A stretch of 37,134 nt of DNA from Guillardia theta CCMP2712 (Eukaryota > Protista > Cryptophyta): contig NW_005434652.1 of NCBI RefSeq assembly GCF_000315625.1, positions 48,310-85,443 of the forward strand. The letters run 5' to 3'. Below, piece by piece: positions 1-12,471 of this stretch. The notes beneath the pieces are model-generated. The model had not been told where the DNA came from. It did no database searches and saw nothing but the letters and a program-made list of their open reading frames with translations. The stretch's first letter is position 1, and every line of letters begins with the position of its first letter. The position numbers were made by a program, and so were the translations under genes.

Positions 1-59
1 TCGAAGATTCTGAAAGAGCTCGCGTGGCACCCGGAAGGTCTATGTTGCGAAAGGAAGCT

Positions 60-2650
60 GGATAGTTATAGAGAGTCAGGCGGACATGCGCGGCATCTAC
101 AAGAAGCAGGGAGGGGAGGTGAGCTTAGGATAAGGGAGTGATAGGGGAGTGGTCAGCAACGAGGACGGGACCTTCGGGGAAGAAGTCGACGCGCCCCATG
201 ATACCATGACGCTCAGTGAAGAGTGAAGTCGACCTTGACCCTGCCAGGACTTGAGGAGCTTTCCTGCCACTTCCCTGCCTTGCTCCCTCCAACCGTCGTA
301 CTCAGACTATCTACTGCCCCCTTCCTCCCTCTTCGTCCATCCTTTCCATCCTGGTCTAACTCCTCCACACCTGTGTCTCCTTCGTCGAACCTCCTTCTCT
401 CCAGCTGAGATGGCAAACACTTTCAGCATGGCTAGCTGGGGAGGCAGCGCAAGGATGCACCTGAAGCTGCATGACGCTGAGCAGCATGTAGGATATCGTG
501 CCAATCACCAGGCAGACCTGCTTCAGCGTCAGCCTCATCCTCACCCCTCTCCTGCTGCTCCTCCTGCGTACCTGCCATGAGATCTGGGTGTCGTCTATCC
601 CCGCCCATATCCCTCGCCATATGAACAAGCTGGAAGAGAGCACATCAGTCAGCTCAAGACCATGTACATCCAAGGAATTGCGCGATAAGATGAGGAAAGG
701 AGGCAGCAGGGGAGGAGGGAGGAGGGAGGAGGGAGGAGGGAGGAGGGAAGAAGGACACACCTGCTTACAAACACAAGGGCCGAGCTCAAGTAGATCTTTC
801 CATACTCGGCGATAGACTTAAACGACGGTTCTTTCGCGCTTGTCAAACTTCTTCTTTCTCAGCCCCATGACAACAAACCTGGCAGTCTTGAAAACAACTC
901 GAACCAATCTTCACTGTGAACGTCATGGGTGTCCAAGATGTCATCGACCTTGTACCTGCTCCCAAATCAGAGGAGAGAGGACGAAAATGATAAGGTTAAA
1001 GTCACCGAAAGATGTACATGCAGATTCCTATTCCCACCGATGTGTACCAACTCAGCCCGTTCTGATCCTGAAGGTCCCACAAGGACTTTTTCCTCTTCGT
1101 CAGATGCGTTCAATACATTGCGGGGGATTTTCATGGGCAACAAAATCACACCGACGGAAATAGCGAGGTGATTAGGGAAGAGGTAAGGAGAAAGATTGGT
1201 ACAGAAGAGAAAGCGAAACCAAAGTCCCCGAGAAATGGTGAGCGTGAGGAGGAGGAGGAGAAGGAGAAGTAAGGCAGCAACGAAGGAATAGAGACACCTT
1301 CCATCCCGCGATGGTGCTAACAAAAAGCCCGCAATTCAGAAGAGTTCTCTGAATATCAAGGACGTGATTGATCTCGGTGGATGATTCCTCCGAGCTGCTT
1401 TCCACTAACTCCCTGGGAATCGAGTGAAGATCTGATGCTTTACCTTGGCACCGTCGCAAGCATCATGCAATCACAAGAAATCAACATCATAACCATCTTC
1501 ACAATAGCTAACAGGCACTTCAATACAACTCTTACCTTGAAAACGAATTCCGGCTGGCAAGGTTGGGAGATTTTACCCATGAGCTTCCGGTGACATTCAA
1601 ATCCTTAATCGGATCAAGATTTTTCTTCCTTATTTCATTCGATGTCACTCTTCGAAAAGGCTCCCCTGTCAAATCCCAATTCTTCTGCCTCTGCCTCCTC
1701 ACGAGCTGGAATACAACTTGTCACTGACTGGCCGCAGACTTTCGAACTGCTTCACCTGAGTCCCGCTCAGGTCGGGAGTCTTCCATCCAGCAGCGACGTC
1801 AATGGCTTCCTTGATTGCAACGAGAGATTGATATGTGGTGGTGGTTGGAGCTGAAATATTCGAAAACTTCGTCCTCGAAATCTTATCCAAGGACTGCCAA
1901 AATTGTTACTACCACGGTTTGCATCGTCACTATTTCATCATCACCACCAACATCGTTTTGATCTTACAATAATACATCATCAATATCATATATTGAATAT
2001 GTAAATTTTCAACTGTCTCCATCACAAAAGACTCACCATCATCATCAATACATGGTAACTACAAAACAAAACACAATGTTTTCTGCACTGACCGTGTCGG
2101 AAACAGATCCACTGATCTTCAGCTTCCTGACTCTCCTCTCATCCCTCCTTGCCACCCCTGACCTCGAGTCCTCTTGATGAATCGCCTTCAAGCAGCGGTT
2201 CTGACGCATACTTCGCTCACGGTCTGCTTTCAAAGGCGACCTGCTTCTTATCGCCATGTACCTCTCTAGGGCATTCCTCCCTTCCATCGAGCTCTGTGAA
2301 GGCGATCGATGAACGAAGTAGCAGATCGGACTGGAGTGACTTGTCTTGCCATCCCGTACAGACCCTCCGCGATTCACAAACCCCAATGTTAAGGTGAACC
2401 CTGCTTCGTAGCCCATTCTTCTCCTCATGGCGCTTGCCGTCGCCATGTCCCTCGGATCCAGCGACAGCGCACATGCACGTTCCGCTGTGCCAAGACACCA
2501 GATGCAAAAGATGATACCATACTTGACCCACTGCCAGCCAGCACGTCCTGTCTTGCTTGCCAACAAGCTTGAAATGCGCCCTTCCCTTTTCACTCGCTCA
2601 TCGTCCTTCCGAAAGGCTGATTTTCCGATGCACATATCCGTCTTCGTCAT
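60..2650 (-). CDS. Multi-exon hypothetical membrane protein, C-terminal part possibly Fuseless-like; boundaries approximate
   Basis: Splicing short GT-AG introns gives ...EYGKIYLSSALVFVSSLFIWRGIWAGIDDTQISWQ|VCLVIGTISYMLLSVMQLQ (about 830-460). The WRGxWxxxD motif between hydrophobic helices recalls the Fuseless family. ATG-initiated ORF at 2650 has a hydrophobic stretch. Exon chain between 900 and 2100 is not resolved and could be two genes. Confidence 0.4.
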
Positions 2651-3129
2651 GTTGTCTTCAGCTCAAGTTGATCTGTCCTATCTCAGTCGATATTTATCCG
2701 GTCAATGACATGGATCGTCAAGCGTTCAGGCACAGCCCCTTGCGTCCCATGATCCCGCCAGCCCCCCGTGCGTACCAGCAACAAGTCCACCCGCTCTCTT
2801 TCAGATGCTCTTCCCAAGCTCTTGGGCTATCCTAGACTCGTTGGATATGTTCTCCTCCTCCTCCTTCTCTTCCCTTCTCTTGGTTGCTCCCGGCTACCTT
2901 GCTCCCTGCCCTTCGTCGTGCGCTCAAGCTTCAGTGCATGGTTCTTTCGAAGGTAGGGGTGGGGCTTTAGGTGTCTGGGGTAGGGGGTAACCAAAGTTAG
3001 GGATTGGGGGTAGTGTGATGGTAGAGTGATGGAAAAGTGAGGGAAAAGTGAGGGTAGTCCCTCCCACCCTGTACCTATGTAGTAAACCTTGGGGTAGGGT
3101 ACTAAGACCCCCTACCCCAGGGGTTGACT

Positions 3130-5636
3130 TGTGCTCTCTGCAACAAATTGGACGAGAGAAGCTTCTATGTCCTTGCAAGCTCATGGAAGAGCTGAGCGCC
3201 TGCGAGCAAGCACATGGCCACAAGCTTGCTGTAGGAGGGTATGCAGGCGTTCGGAGGAGGCTGCTTGAAGTGATGGGGCATGCGCTCCCAACATGAGGGG
3301 CTGCCTTTTGAGCGTAGAAGGTGAAGCTGGGAGTAGCATCGAGGATTTTCGAATCAACTCTGTCGAGGACGGCGGGGCGCTAGAGGAGTAGGGATGGGGG
3401 AAGAGGCATCAGGGGAAGCAGACAGAAGTAGCGAGCTTTGATATCTTATCTTGTGATCTCGCCGCGTCAAAGGAGGGCTAAGCAGCGGCAAGGAGGGTAG
3501 GCGAAGGTCCAACCTCGAGTGGCAGTGTGGTGCGAGGCCTGAGCTTGCAGTGATCGGACGATCGTCATGCATGTTCTACGAGTCAGGTGTGGGCTACCGT
3601 GGCCAGGCTACGGCCCTAGCGCCGCGCTGAGCGATTGGCTTGCAAAGGTAGTCCGACTGTCCGACCTAGAACGGCGATGCGACTGTGTCCAAGGACTCCG
3701 GGTCGACGAGGATCCGAGGCTTGTCGACAGTTGAACATGTGCTCCTAAGTTTCTCCAGAGCTCTAATGGTCACCTGCAGCAACAACGATGTCAACATACG
3801 GTTGGATCACGCGGCATGACGGATGTGATCGTTTGCCTTTGTTCCTCGCACATCCAAGAACTCGATCCTCCTGTTGGACAGCATTACTTGAGAGCAGCCT
3901 GAGTCAGAGCTCCGCCACACCGTTCCATAAGCGGCTTGATGATTCTATCATCGACATTTGCACAGTTTCTGCACCATAGATAAATTCATGAGCTCGCTAC
4001 TGGGTCAGTCTGACTGACCTGAGACTGAGGTGCGAGATAGCACTGACGTGATACAGAGCGTCTATCAGCCTGTGAACGGCGATCTCGTTGTTTTTGTCGG
4101 AGGAGGAGAAGTCAAGGAATCTTAACGAGTTGCTCTTGCAGAGGAGCCTGCGGGAAACAGTCACTTGCGGATGTTTCAAGGCTTCGGGAACCTCAGGCTG
4201 GATCGATGATACCTCTCATCAGGATCAAAGTGTAGAGCTGGAAGGTGATGTTTCAACGACGTGAGGTTCTTGCAAGTCCGTGCAATCGCTACGAGAGTGT
4301 TGTCGTTGCAAGAACTCTCATGATCTCTCTACATTTCCTCCTGTGTCATTTCACGAAGGTGAGAACAAGGATCGCACCTTGTCAATGTGAAGGTGCTGCA
4401 GGGAGGGGGATGATCGCAGGATGTCCTCCAAGTCATGTGTAGACATTGCAGGAAGCGACAACCCCTCATCCTGGGCGTCAGAGACAGAAGATCCCATTCT
4501 GCAAGCTCCTCACCTTGGTACTGGAGAAGCAACGGTTCGCAACCTGCCGTATTCCCCTCGAAAACACTTCCTCCCTGTCCATAACGCACAAATGATGTAG
4601 ATCCACCTCAAGTCTTCCTTGAGCTGCTGAACAACGACCCGTTTCATCCTCCTCCCACGTCCCTTCCCTCGTCCACCGCCCAGATGCCGAGGAGAAATAT
4701 GCATACTCCCATGCGTGCGGGTCGTCAGCAAACCTGGCATGTAGAATCAGCGGCAGGAGGTCCGAAAGTGGGGAAGGATGGTCAGAGAGGGGAAGGGTGG
4801 AAACATATCAGGATGGTGAACTGGCATATGCAATGAGTGATATGATCGTTAAAATCAGTAAGATAGTCATCGAAACTTAGCATCATGTTGACTTCAAGCT
4901 TGCACGCGCTGTCTTGTACCCACCTTTTCCAATCTCGACAAACACATCTGCTGCGAATCCTCGCCCATACTGATGTGATGGATAAAATTTTGATGACGAT
5001 TTCCTGAACATGACAGCATCACTCTAACGCAATTCAAAGGTCCATCTTACCTCATTGAACTTCCAACTCACGGTTCTCTTCGAGATACTGCGTTGATCAG
5101 GAACACTTGTTGCTAGCAAGAATTCAACGTGTATCGCCTGTTTCCATCAAGCCGTCATCTCAGACATCAGCTATCACGTAAAGTACACACATCCTTTGCA
5201 ACTGTCCAGGTAACAACAGATGGCATCGATTTCCAAGATGTTGTGGAAACAATGACAAAGCCCCTCCCCCCTTGCTGCCAAGTAACCACGGATGGCAAGG
5301 CAGGGATCATCTGATCGTAGAAGATTGAGAACAGGGTATGCAAGAGAGGTTGACACAACTTACTTGGTTGAAATTCCTTTGCTAAGAAAATGGGCCAGAG
5401 ACTTCAAAGTCCTCTCATAATCGTCTTTGTGTAGCCGAGCATTCGGAAGTACGATTATTGAACCTGCAACAAACGAGTGATTGATTCGAGTCTGAAACAA
5501 CCTCGGATGTTCGGATGTTTGCATCATCTCAGCTCATCGCTCACAGTCTGCATTTACTTGTGGTTTCCCTCCTCTTTCCACCATTGTCCCCTTGCTCCTT
5601 CCTTGACTCTCCTTCCCCTCTTGCCATGCAAGCCAT
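3130..5636 (-). CDS. Multi-exon F-box protein, probably with LRR-like C-terminus; ends approximate
   Basis: Removing intron 5050-5004 gives WKFNE|EIVIKILSITSVWARIRSRCVCRDWK, an F-box-like consensus (EILxxIL...L.xVCRxW). Downstream exons carry LRR-like pieces (SLRFLDFS, AISHLSLR, NCANVDDRIIKPLMERCG). Confidence 0.55.
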
Positions 5637-5990
5637 GTCCACCTTCCACGGCCGCCAGCGAAAAAGCCTCAAGAACCGGGGGGTAGTCCCCATCACCCGG
5701 TAGGTAGTACCTCATAAATCTAGGGTGAAGGATCTGTAATGCTGGGGTAGATACACAGAAAGGGGGCGGAGACGAAGGGGTGGGGGGTAGTCAACCCGTG
5801 ATGCACAGAGAACTTGAGGGACTAGCGAAGTGAAGTAGACAGAGCTAGAGGGATGGTGAGGAGAGCCAAGGGGAAGAGGAGAGGAAGGAAAGCCAGGAAC
5901 GAGGGAGAGCACATGGCAGCTGCAGCTGCTAGACGACGTGAGCTGTCGAGAGCAAGTTGAGGTTAGCAACAGGGGGGGCGCTTCTCCTAT

Positions 5991-6016
5991 AGATCTGAGA
6001 TCTGAGATCTGAGATC
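5991..6016 (+). repeat. (AGATCTG)x3.7 heptamer repeat just upstream of the SRR1 ATG
   Basis: agatctg agatctg agatctg agatc read directly. Confidence 0.9.
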
Positions 6017-6031
6017 GCATCTTCAGTCTGC

Positions 6032-7143
6032 ATGAGTGAGAAGCTGGAAGATGGTTTCACCCTTGTGACCAAGAACAGCCGACGGTCAGCAGCAAAGAGA
6101 AGGAAGAATGCCGATAAGGCTATCGGCATTCTCATGCATGGAAGGGTTGACAGTGATATGACGCAGTCACAAATCCTCACCTTGATTGACAAGTGTATGG
6201 GCGACATGAAAGGTTCAACATGGTTTCAAGAAGTGAAGATGATTGTTTGCGATCATGTCAAGAGAGTCATGGACGGTATGCAGGCTTCGGGTGGTGATAG
6301 AGAAGCAGAGAATGTTCGTCAAGGGTCGAGCATAGCAGGCAATCTAGCGCACATGGAAGGTGAAGGTGAAAGGACGAAGATTTCGAGGATGGTTTGTTAT
6401 GGCATCGGAAATTTCAGCGTCAGTGCGTCGTCCTTGCTGCAGATTTCACTTGCTCTGCTGCTGAAAGATTTTCTTCATCCCCCTTCCTCCTCGCTCTTTG
6501 ATCCGGTCATGACCGGAGCTGAGCGACAGGCCGCCGAGTCGTTGGGGTTCACAATCCCACAAGAGGATGAGGTTGGCCTGTGTACAACTGACTCAGACTC
6601 GCTGTTCTTCATGCCGCATTGCGGTCGAAGACTGTACAGCAACGTCCTAAGGGCAAACTGGGGGCCAGGGAACCTTTCGAGGCTTGTTGTGATTGGGAAC
6701 AGCTTCGGGGCTTATCGGATGAGGAATCTTTCAACAGATGTCAGAACATCATGCTGTGTGGAGAAATTAGGGGAAGAAATGGTGGTGGAGACACTGCTTC
6801 CCAAGCATGTGGAGGAGAATTCCTTCATTGACACCAGCGTTCATTCTTTCCCCCTTAAGGTAATCCCATCCTCGGAAATTTCCTTCTGCGCCTCCCCACT
6901 GGCATCCCCAGCTTTCTCCCCTCCTGCCTGCCTGTTCTCCATGTTTTTGGTCGCTTCCTCTTCCGAGTTTGCGTGTTCGGCTCTTCTTCCCCCGCCATCT
7001 TCGTCACTACTCCAAGTCAGGGCTCTGCCTCACTTTCTTCACAGAAACTCCTTCTCCGTGAGCAGCATGACAAGGAATTCTGGCGCGAGCTTGCTGCTGA
7101 TGTCGGCGGAGACGATCACAGCTGGACCCGATCGATGTCATGA
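6032..7143 (+). CDS. SRR1: SRR1-like protein (SRR1/SRRD/Ber1 family), join(6032..6859,7045..7143), 308 aa
   Basis: Motifs VCYGIGNF, FDPVMT, FFMPHCGRRLYSNVLRANW, VVIGNSF, FxDTSVHSFP. The GT-AG intron 6860-7044 gives an in-frame end KLLLREQHDKEFW...MS*; the unspliced ORF tail is intron read-through. Confidence 0.9.
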
Positions 7144-7471
7144 AACGTTTTTTACTTTCACTCCTCATACAGCCATGGTTGAGTAAAACTTAGCAGCATG
7201 TCTGCTGCAAGTTTCTAGGCAGAGAGTCAGCGTCATCAGTCCTGTCATTGTCCCCTTCCTCTTGCACTGCTGGCGTTTGAGATTGCCCTGTCGATACGCA
7301 TGATTTTCGCCTCCGATGAGGGCACTCAGACTGGGTCAATGTGCCCTAGGCTGTCATTGCTTGAGAATGCGGAGAATGCGCTGGTTGTTGAAGAGGTTGG
7401 CTCAAAAACTCACTTGTCATTTAATTTTTTTCTCCAAATCGCTCACAGTGCTACACGCTGATGTTCATGCT

Positions 7472-8209
7472 TTACAGCCGAGCAGCCATCAGGCCTGCCA
7501 AAGACGAGAGGAGGAGCAGGACAAAGGAGAAACTCAACGTCGCCGATGCTCTCGAGATGCAGTTACTGTCACTGCACATACCAGTGTTTCTTAGAGACAT
7601 CTCCATCATGCTGGAATCACCGTTGCACATGACCGATGCCTGCTTCCCCAGGTACTTGCAGCATATCGGGAGATCAGGCGTGCTTGTACTGTTGCACTGC
7701 AAATCCTCAGTGCAGCCAAGAACAGTGTGGAATTGGAAAGGACACAGATCGGAGCACTTGGAGCCTGTAGCGGACTTTGTAGAAGTCAGAGCAAGCATCG
7801 AGTTACGTCACAAGGATACCATTCCGAACCCTGCGCACTGCATGTTGATCTGAGTCTGGCAAGCAGCATCGTTTGCAGGGGGACTGCTCGACCAGTTGGA
7901 GATTCTGGCGCTCAACTGACTAGTCGCATCGGCTAGTGAGGTGCAGCTGCCATACTGGTAGGTCTGCTCTGGGCAACCTCCTGCAACATGCAGCAGCAAT
8001 TACAAAGAATAGCACTTGGAGCAAGGGAAGCAAGCGGAGCAAGAGGACTGAGTCAAGGGGTGGCATTGCGCGGCTGGTAGGATCAGCTCACCTATCGTAG
8101 CTTTTTGTGTGTAAGTGTAGCACGTGCTCGCTGCTGCCATGGTAACAGTCGCCAGCAGGAGCATCATCTTCATCTCCATCTTCATCTTCATCGTCGTCGT
8201 CATCTTCAT
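7472..8209 (-). CDS. Cys-rich secreted, probably GPI-anchored surface protein; exons 8209-8092, 7980-7820, 7774-7472 (about 193 aa)
   Basis: Three exons join in frame across GT-AG introns. N-terminal signal (MMLLLATVTMAAA-ST), many Cys, C-terminal small residues followed by a hydrophobic tail (SRASATLSFSFVLLLLSSLAGLMAARL). Confidence 0.75.
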
Positions 8210-8329
8210 CTTCTACAGCCTGCTTGATCCTTTCGACTGACCTCCTTTTATCCGAGTGGCAGTTCCGCCCCCCTACAGTAGTGTAGTACCCCGGGTCCTA
8301 GTACCCCTGCACTTGACCCTGATGAGAGT

Positions 8330-9340
8330 CAGCTGACAGTGAGAGATGATAGCCGTAGAGGTCCTCTTACGTGTACTAGTACACTAGTACAGCCTAGTCA
8401 CTAGTAGTAGTGAAGTACGGTATCATAATGGCGGTACTACGGTACGGTACTACCGCTCACCCGGATCATCGGATGGTACTAGTAAACGACACTGACAGTG
8501 ACCATCCGATGATCATGCCTGTGACAGACCCGTATCCCACCGGTGACCGGTGCCACTGTTGCCTACCGGCGTGGCACTGGCACAGTGGGTGGCCACTGAG
8601 GGCCGCCGGGCCGGCTGCGGGACTCTCCCCGGCGATCGGGCCGCCTCCGAGGCTCGCCGTTCAAGAGTCCGGCGGTCCGAGCGAGTCACTGGCCCGGCCC
8701 GGCGCGTGGTCTGATTCCGGCGACGACCGGCGTCTGTGACCACCGTGGCACCGACTCCCCGGGCGGCGCGGCGGTCGGTGACCACGCCGCCCGGGCCTTC
8801 TGGCTCGGACTCGGTCGCCGTACGCCGGGTCGGCCCGGCCCACAGTACTACCGTAATGGCGCGGCCGCGGCGGCCGGGCACCGTCGGCGTGCCTGCCCGT
8901 CGCACTGCCCGGCCACTGTCGCATGCTGCTGGGGATGAAGGCAGAGCCGGGCGGACGCGGCACAGCGGCAGTGCCGGCCCGGGCTGGCAGGCTGGGCCCT
9001 TCCGAAGGCTTGCTCTGGAGTCCGGCCGGAACTCGCCGCGCCGAGCGCCGCGCGGCCCGGGCCTTCAGTGAGGCTACCGTGACGAGGGTCACGGTGACCC
9101 TGCCTGAGGCTCCTCGGAAAACTGTGAGCAGCCGTTCAGCGGCGGCCCGTACTACCGTGTACTGGCGGCGGCGCGGAGTCAGCCCGACTATGAGATGCCG
9201 CCGGGGGGCTCCGAGTTGGCATCTTGATATGATAAGGGCCCGCCGCGGCAAGCCGCTCGGAGGTTGCAGGTGCACTGCCATCACGTGACTCAGTGACATC
9301 CAGAGGCTTCAAGTAGTGACAGTACCGTACTGCGCAATGC
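8330..9340. other. GC-rich, palindrome-dense non-coding island 1
   Basis: Abrupt compositional change; dense CCGG/GGCC/CGCG, CAGTG/CACTG, GAGTC/GACTC, GTGAC/GTCAC, AGTAC/GTACT; several perfect inverted repeats; ORFs are only low-complexity R/P/G/A. Confidence 0.75.
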
Positions 9341-9471
9341 TGAGCCGGGTGTACATGAACAAATCTAGCTCTCACTTCATAAAAAGCCTTCAGTCACACT
9401 TGACTCTTGAAGTTTACTTACGTCATGTTGTACTTACTCGTCTACAACTTTGTGCTCATCTGTTTCGAGCC

Positions 9472-10233
9472 TCATACGCTACTGTTCTTCACCAACAGAT
9501 CCCAGTCTAGCTCCCTCCCCTCTTCCCCCTCTCCATCCCAGCTGCCGCCTGACAGTTCTCCATCAGGCACCAAGTACCCTTCTTCTCGCTTTTCGGCCTC
9601 TTCCCACGCGAACATGGCCGCCGGTGGGAGGATCTCTTGCCAAGGCAAGTGTGCATGGCACGGGAGGGGCGGGAAAGTATCGCTCGAAAGCTCGTCTTCC
9701 TGTTGGACGCTGCCGACGGCTTGACGATGCAGAGCAGGGCATGACATATCAGGTAGCAGATCTTGTATGAAAGCGCTTGGCGTCGACGGTCTCTCCCGGT
9801 CTCTGTCCTCGCCCCGATGCCTCGTGTACGGCCAGCGGCTGAGCCCCAGCCGCCGGCACGCGCTCTTTAGGCTCGTCAGCGACATGCCCTGCACCACCAC
9901 CACACGTCACTGAGTCAGCACACTAGTGGGAGAGGGAGAGGGAGAGGGCGAGGGCGAGGAGGCAGGGAAATCATAAAGGGAGAGGGAGAGGGAGAGGAAG
10001 AGGGAGATGGAGAGAGAGATCGAGAGAGAGATGGAGAGTGTGCAGAGAGGGAGAAGGAGATAACGTACCAGGGAGGAAGCAGCATCCTCTTGACGCATGG
10101 CGAAGAGAGGCTGGAGGACGGGGAGGCTGAGCTGGACGAGGCGGGGGGAGTCGAAAGGGGTTGACTTGCGTACGCGAGCGTGAACGTCAACGGTCGGAGA
10201 ATGCGGGGAAGAGGAAGGTTGTGAAGCAAGCAT
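9472..10233 (-). CDS. RWP-RK domain transcription factor; exons 10233-10069 and 9888-9472
   Basis: Spliced product LSLPVLQPLFAMRQEDAASSL|GMSLTSLKSACRRLGLSRWPYTR matches the RWP-RK domain; phase-0 GT-AG intron 10068-9889 with a CT-rich tract; acidic C-terminus. Confidence 0.92.
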
Positions 10234-10859
10234 CAGGGGGATGCACAGAAGGAGATGTGCTTGGAGACTTGGTACAAGGAGCAGACTAAGAGGCAGAAGA
10301 GGAGCAGGACAAGAAGCAGGGACGAGGTCCAGTATAAGGGGGCTAGCACCGGTCTTAACAGATATGAGGCATCATTTATAACGTTATATGTATCGACTGT
10401 TTTGGCCCGAAACGTAAAGTCACACTGGATATGGATTAAAGCCTTCAACGGTGTAAGAACTCGGATAAGTTCTTGGAGACGGCGAGAAGTTCAGGGTATT
10501 GCGTCTCATTGGTGGACGAAGCCCAGCGAGATGGAAGTGGGTTTCGACATAGGTCTGGAATTAAGGAATCGACGAGCCTGAGGGTCAGGCAGTGAAGAGG
10601 GGGTTAGGAGGACACGTGTCCACTGCGCGCTGTGCATTGTACTTGGTTGCAAGGGACTGAAGGGAAGGTGACTGCTGTGAATAAAGGAAGTGTTGGCGGT
10701 GTTGTGTGGTTCTCCTGAGAGTTCTATCACCATCAGTGAAGGTGTTAGAGACTCCACAGCTGTGTATCGTTGAGGTGAATAAGGTTGGTGTAAGGATCTC
10801 AGGTGTACTGAGAGTTAGTCTTTGGTGGATCTTGGGTTAAATAGATTCTGGCCAGTGAG

Positions 10860-11780
10860 GTGGAGGTTGACGTGCCGCTTGTTGTCACTGCGCCCGGCCG
10901 GTCCGATCCGGCGGGACGGCACGTGCTGTTTGAAGGCTCGTTGTGGAACTTTGAGTAAAGACTGAAACTTGTAGACACTGCCACTGGCCCCGGACTCCGA
11001 ATCGGACTTCCCGGAGGCCATGCCAGGAGGCTCATGAAGTAATGATCCGATATTGCCAAGTTGGCCGTTTGCCCGATCGGATGTTGTTTATTTTTACTGC
11101 CCTTTACTCGAGTCCTGGCATATGATAGTTAACTGAGTTAAACATCGGCTGAGCACCGTAGGATTCGGTTGAATACTAGCCTTAGGTCCGAGGCTTTATT
11201 TACTGACTCGGTAGTGCCGGGCGGCCGTGTGATAGTCACCGTCACGCCACCCTGCCCGGTGCCCGCAGTGCGCCGGGCCCCGGGTACGCCGTGATCCGAT
11301 CATCGTCGGATCGGATTCAAGTTGCCGCCCCGGCCCGGTGATAGCCGAGAAAGTGCCCGGCCCGCGGGGCACGCCGGTCACTACTACGGACTTGAACTGC
11401 CAGTTCAACCGGTGGCGTGGGCCCGCCGGGGCCGGGCCGGGCCGGAACTTGAAAGCCAGATCGCCGGGCCGGGCGGCGGCAAAAGCCGGCCGCCGGGCCC
11501 ACTGAATCTTGAAGCGGCGGGCCGATGAATGGCCGCACCGTGACGGCGAAGCTTCCGTCGGAGGGGCCCGCCCGGCGCCGGCCGTCAGCCGCCCGCCGGC
11601 TGGCCGGCCGGCCGCCGGCCGCCGCCGGGCCAGCCTACTGAGGGAGCCGGGGCGCCGCGGCCGGGCCGCGCCGGGCGACTGCCTGGCACTGCAGTGCACT
11701 GCGGCAGACTCTCACTGGCAGGCTCGGCAGTGACTCCCGCCGCCGGACCGGCGCGGGGGGAGTGTAGGACTGGGAAACGA
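10860..11780. other. GC-rich, palindrome-dense non-coding island 2 (core 11195-11765)
   Basis: Same vocabulary as island 1 (GGCCGGCCGGCC, GCCCGG, TCCGA/TCGGA, CAGTG, GACTC, TTGAA/TTCAA) without visible colinear homology. Confidence 0.75.
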
Positions 11781-12331
11781 TCTCAAGGAACAATCAACGG
11801 CCGCTATCGGTATCCTCTCAGTGTATCTACCAAAGATGATGTTTATCAAACGTCTCGAATTGAGTTCTGGCCTCAGGTTTCGCCGCCGCCGCCGCCATTC
11901 GGAACTTCGGAAGTTTGCATTTCGTGACTCTCAACTTTCTACTGGAAGTTCTGTAATGTAAAGTTTTTAAGGTTCCAAAGTTCCCGAGATCGTACCCGAG
12001 GGATGCCATCGTGCACGTGCCTGGTAAACTTTGAGATTTTTTTCGTTGGCGTCAAAGTTTATCGGCAGAGTTTCCAGGATCCCGTACTAAAGTTTCCAAA
12101 TAGTGGAGCAAAGTTTCAGACTTGCTGGACCCCGCCATTTTTCGATAGAATAAGGAAATCTTCACTTATTTCTGTACAAATATTCACCAAGATGGCTCAA
12201 ATGTGCAAAACTATCCTCTAAATGTTGAAATACTTCATATCAGTTTCGGCCTAGCCAACTCCTTGTCCCAGAAGCAGCGCGTGCGTCTCCTGCACCTACT
12301 GCTCCTCCGTACTCTTTCCCTTCCACCCCCC

Positions 12332-12434
12332 CTCCTCCTTCTCCTCCTCCTTCTCCTCCTCCTCCTTCTCCTCCTCCTCCTCCTCCTCCTCCTCCTCCTC
12401 CTCCTCCTCCTCCTCCTCCTCCTCCTCCTCCTCC
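12332..12434 (+). repeat. (CCT)n microsatellite upstream of PINX1
   Basis: About 100 bp of CCT with a few CTT interruptions. Confidence 0.95.
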
Positions 12435-12471
12435 GCTCTTGTCTCTTCCTGCTGCCACTCAGAAGAAGAGA

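Noticed and set aside
2950-3125. G-rich stretch as an interstitial telomere
   Set aside because: No tandem TTAGGG or TTTAGGG array, only dispersed GGGGTAG words
8410-11733. Many overlapping R/P/G/A-rich ORFs in the GC islands
   Set aside because: Stop codons are rare at this GC content; ORFs occur in several frames on both strands with no domain or codon pattern
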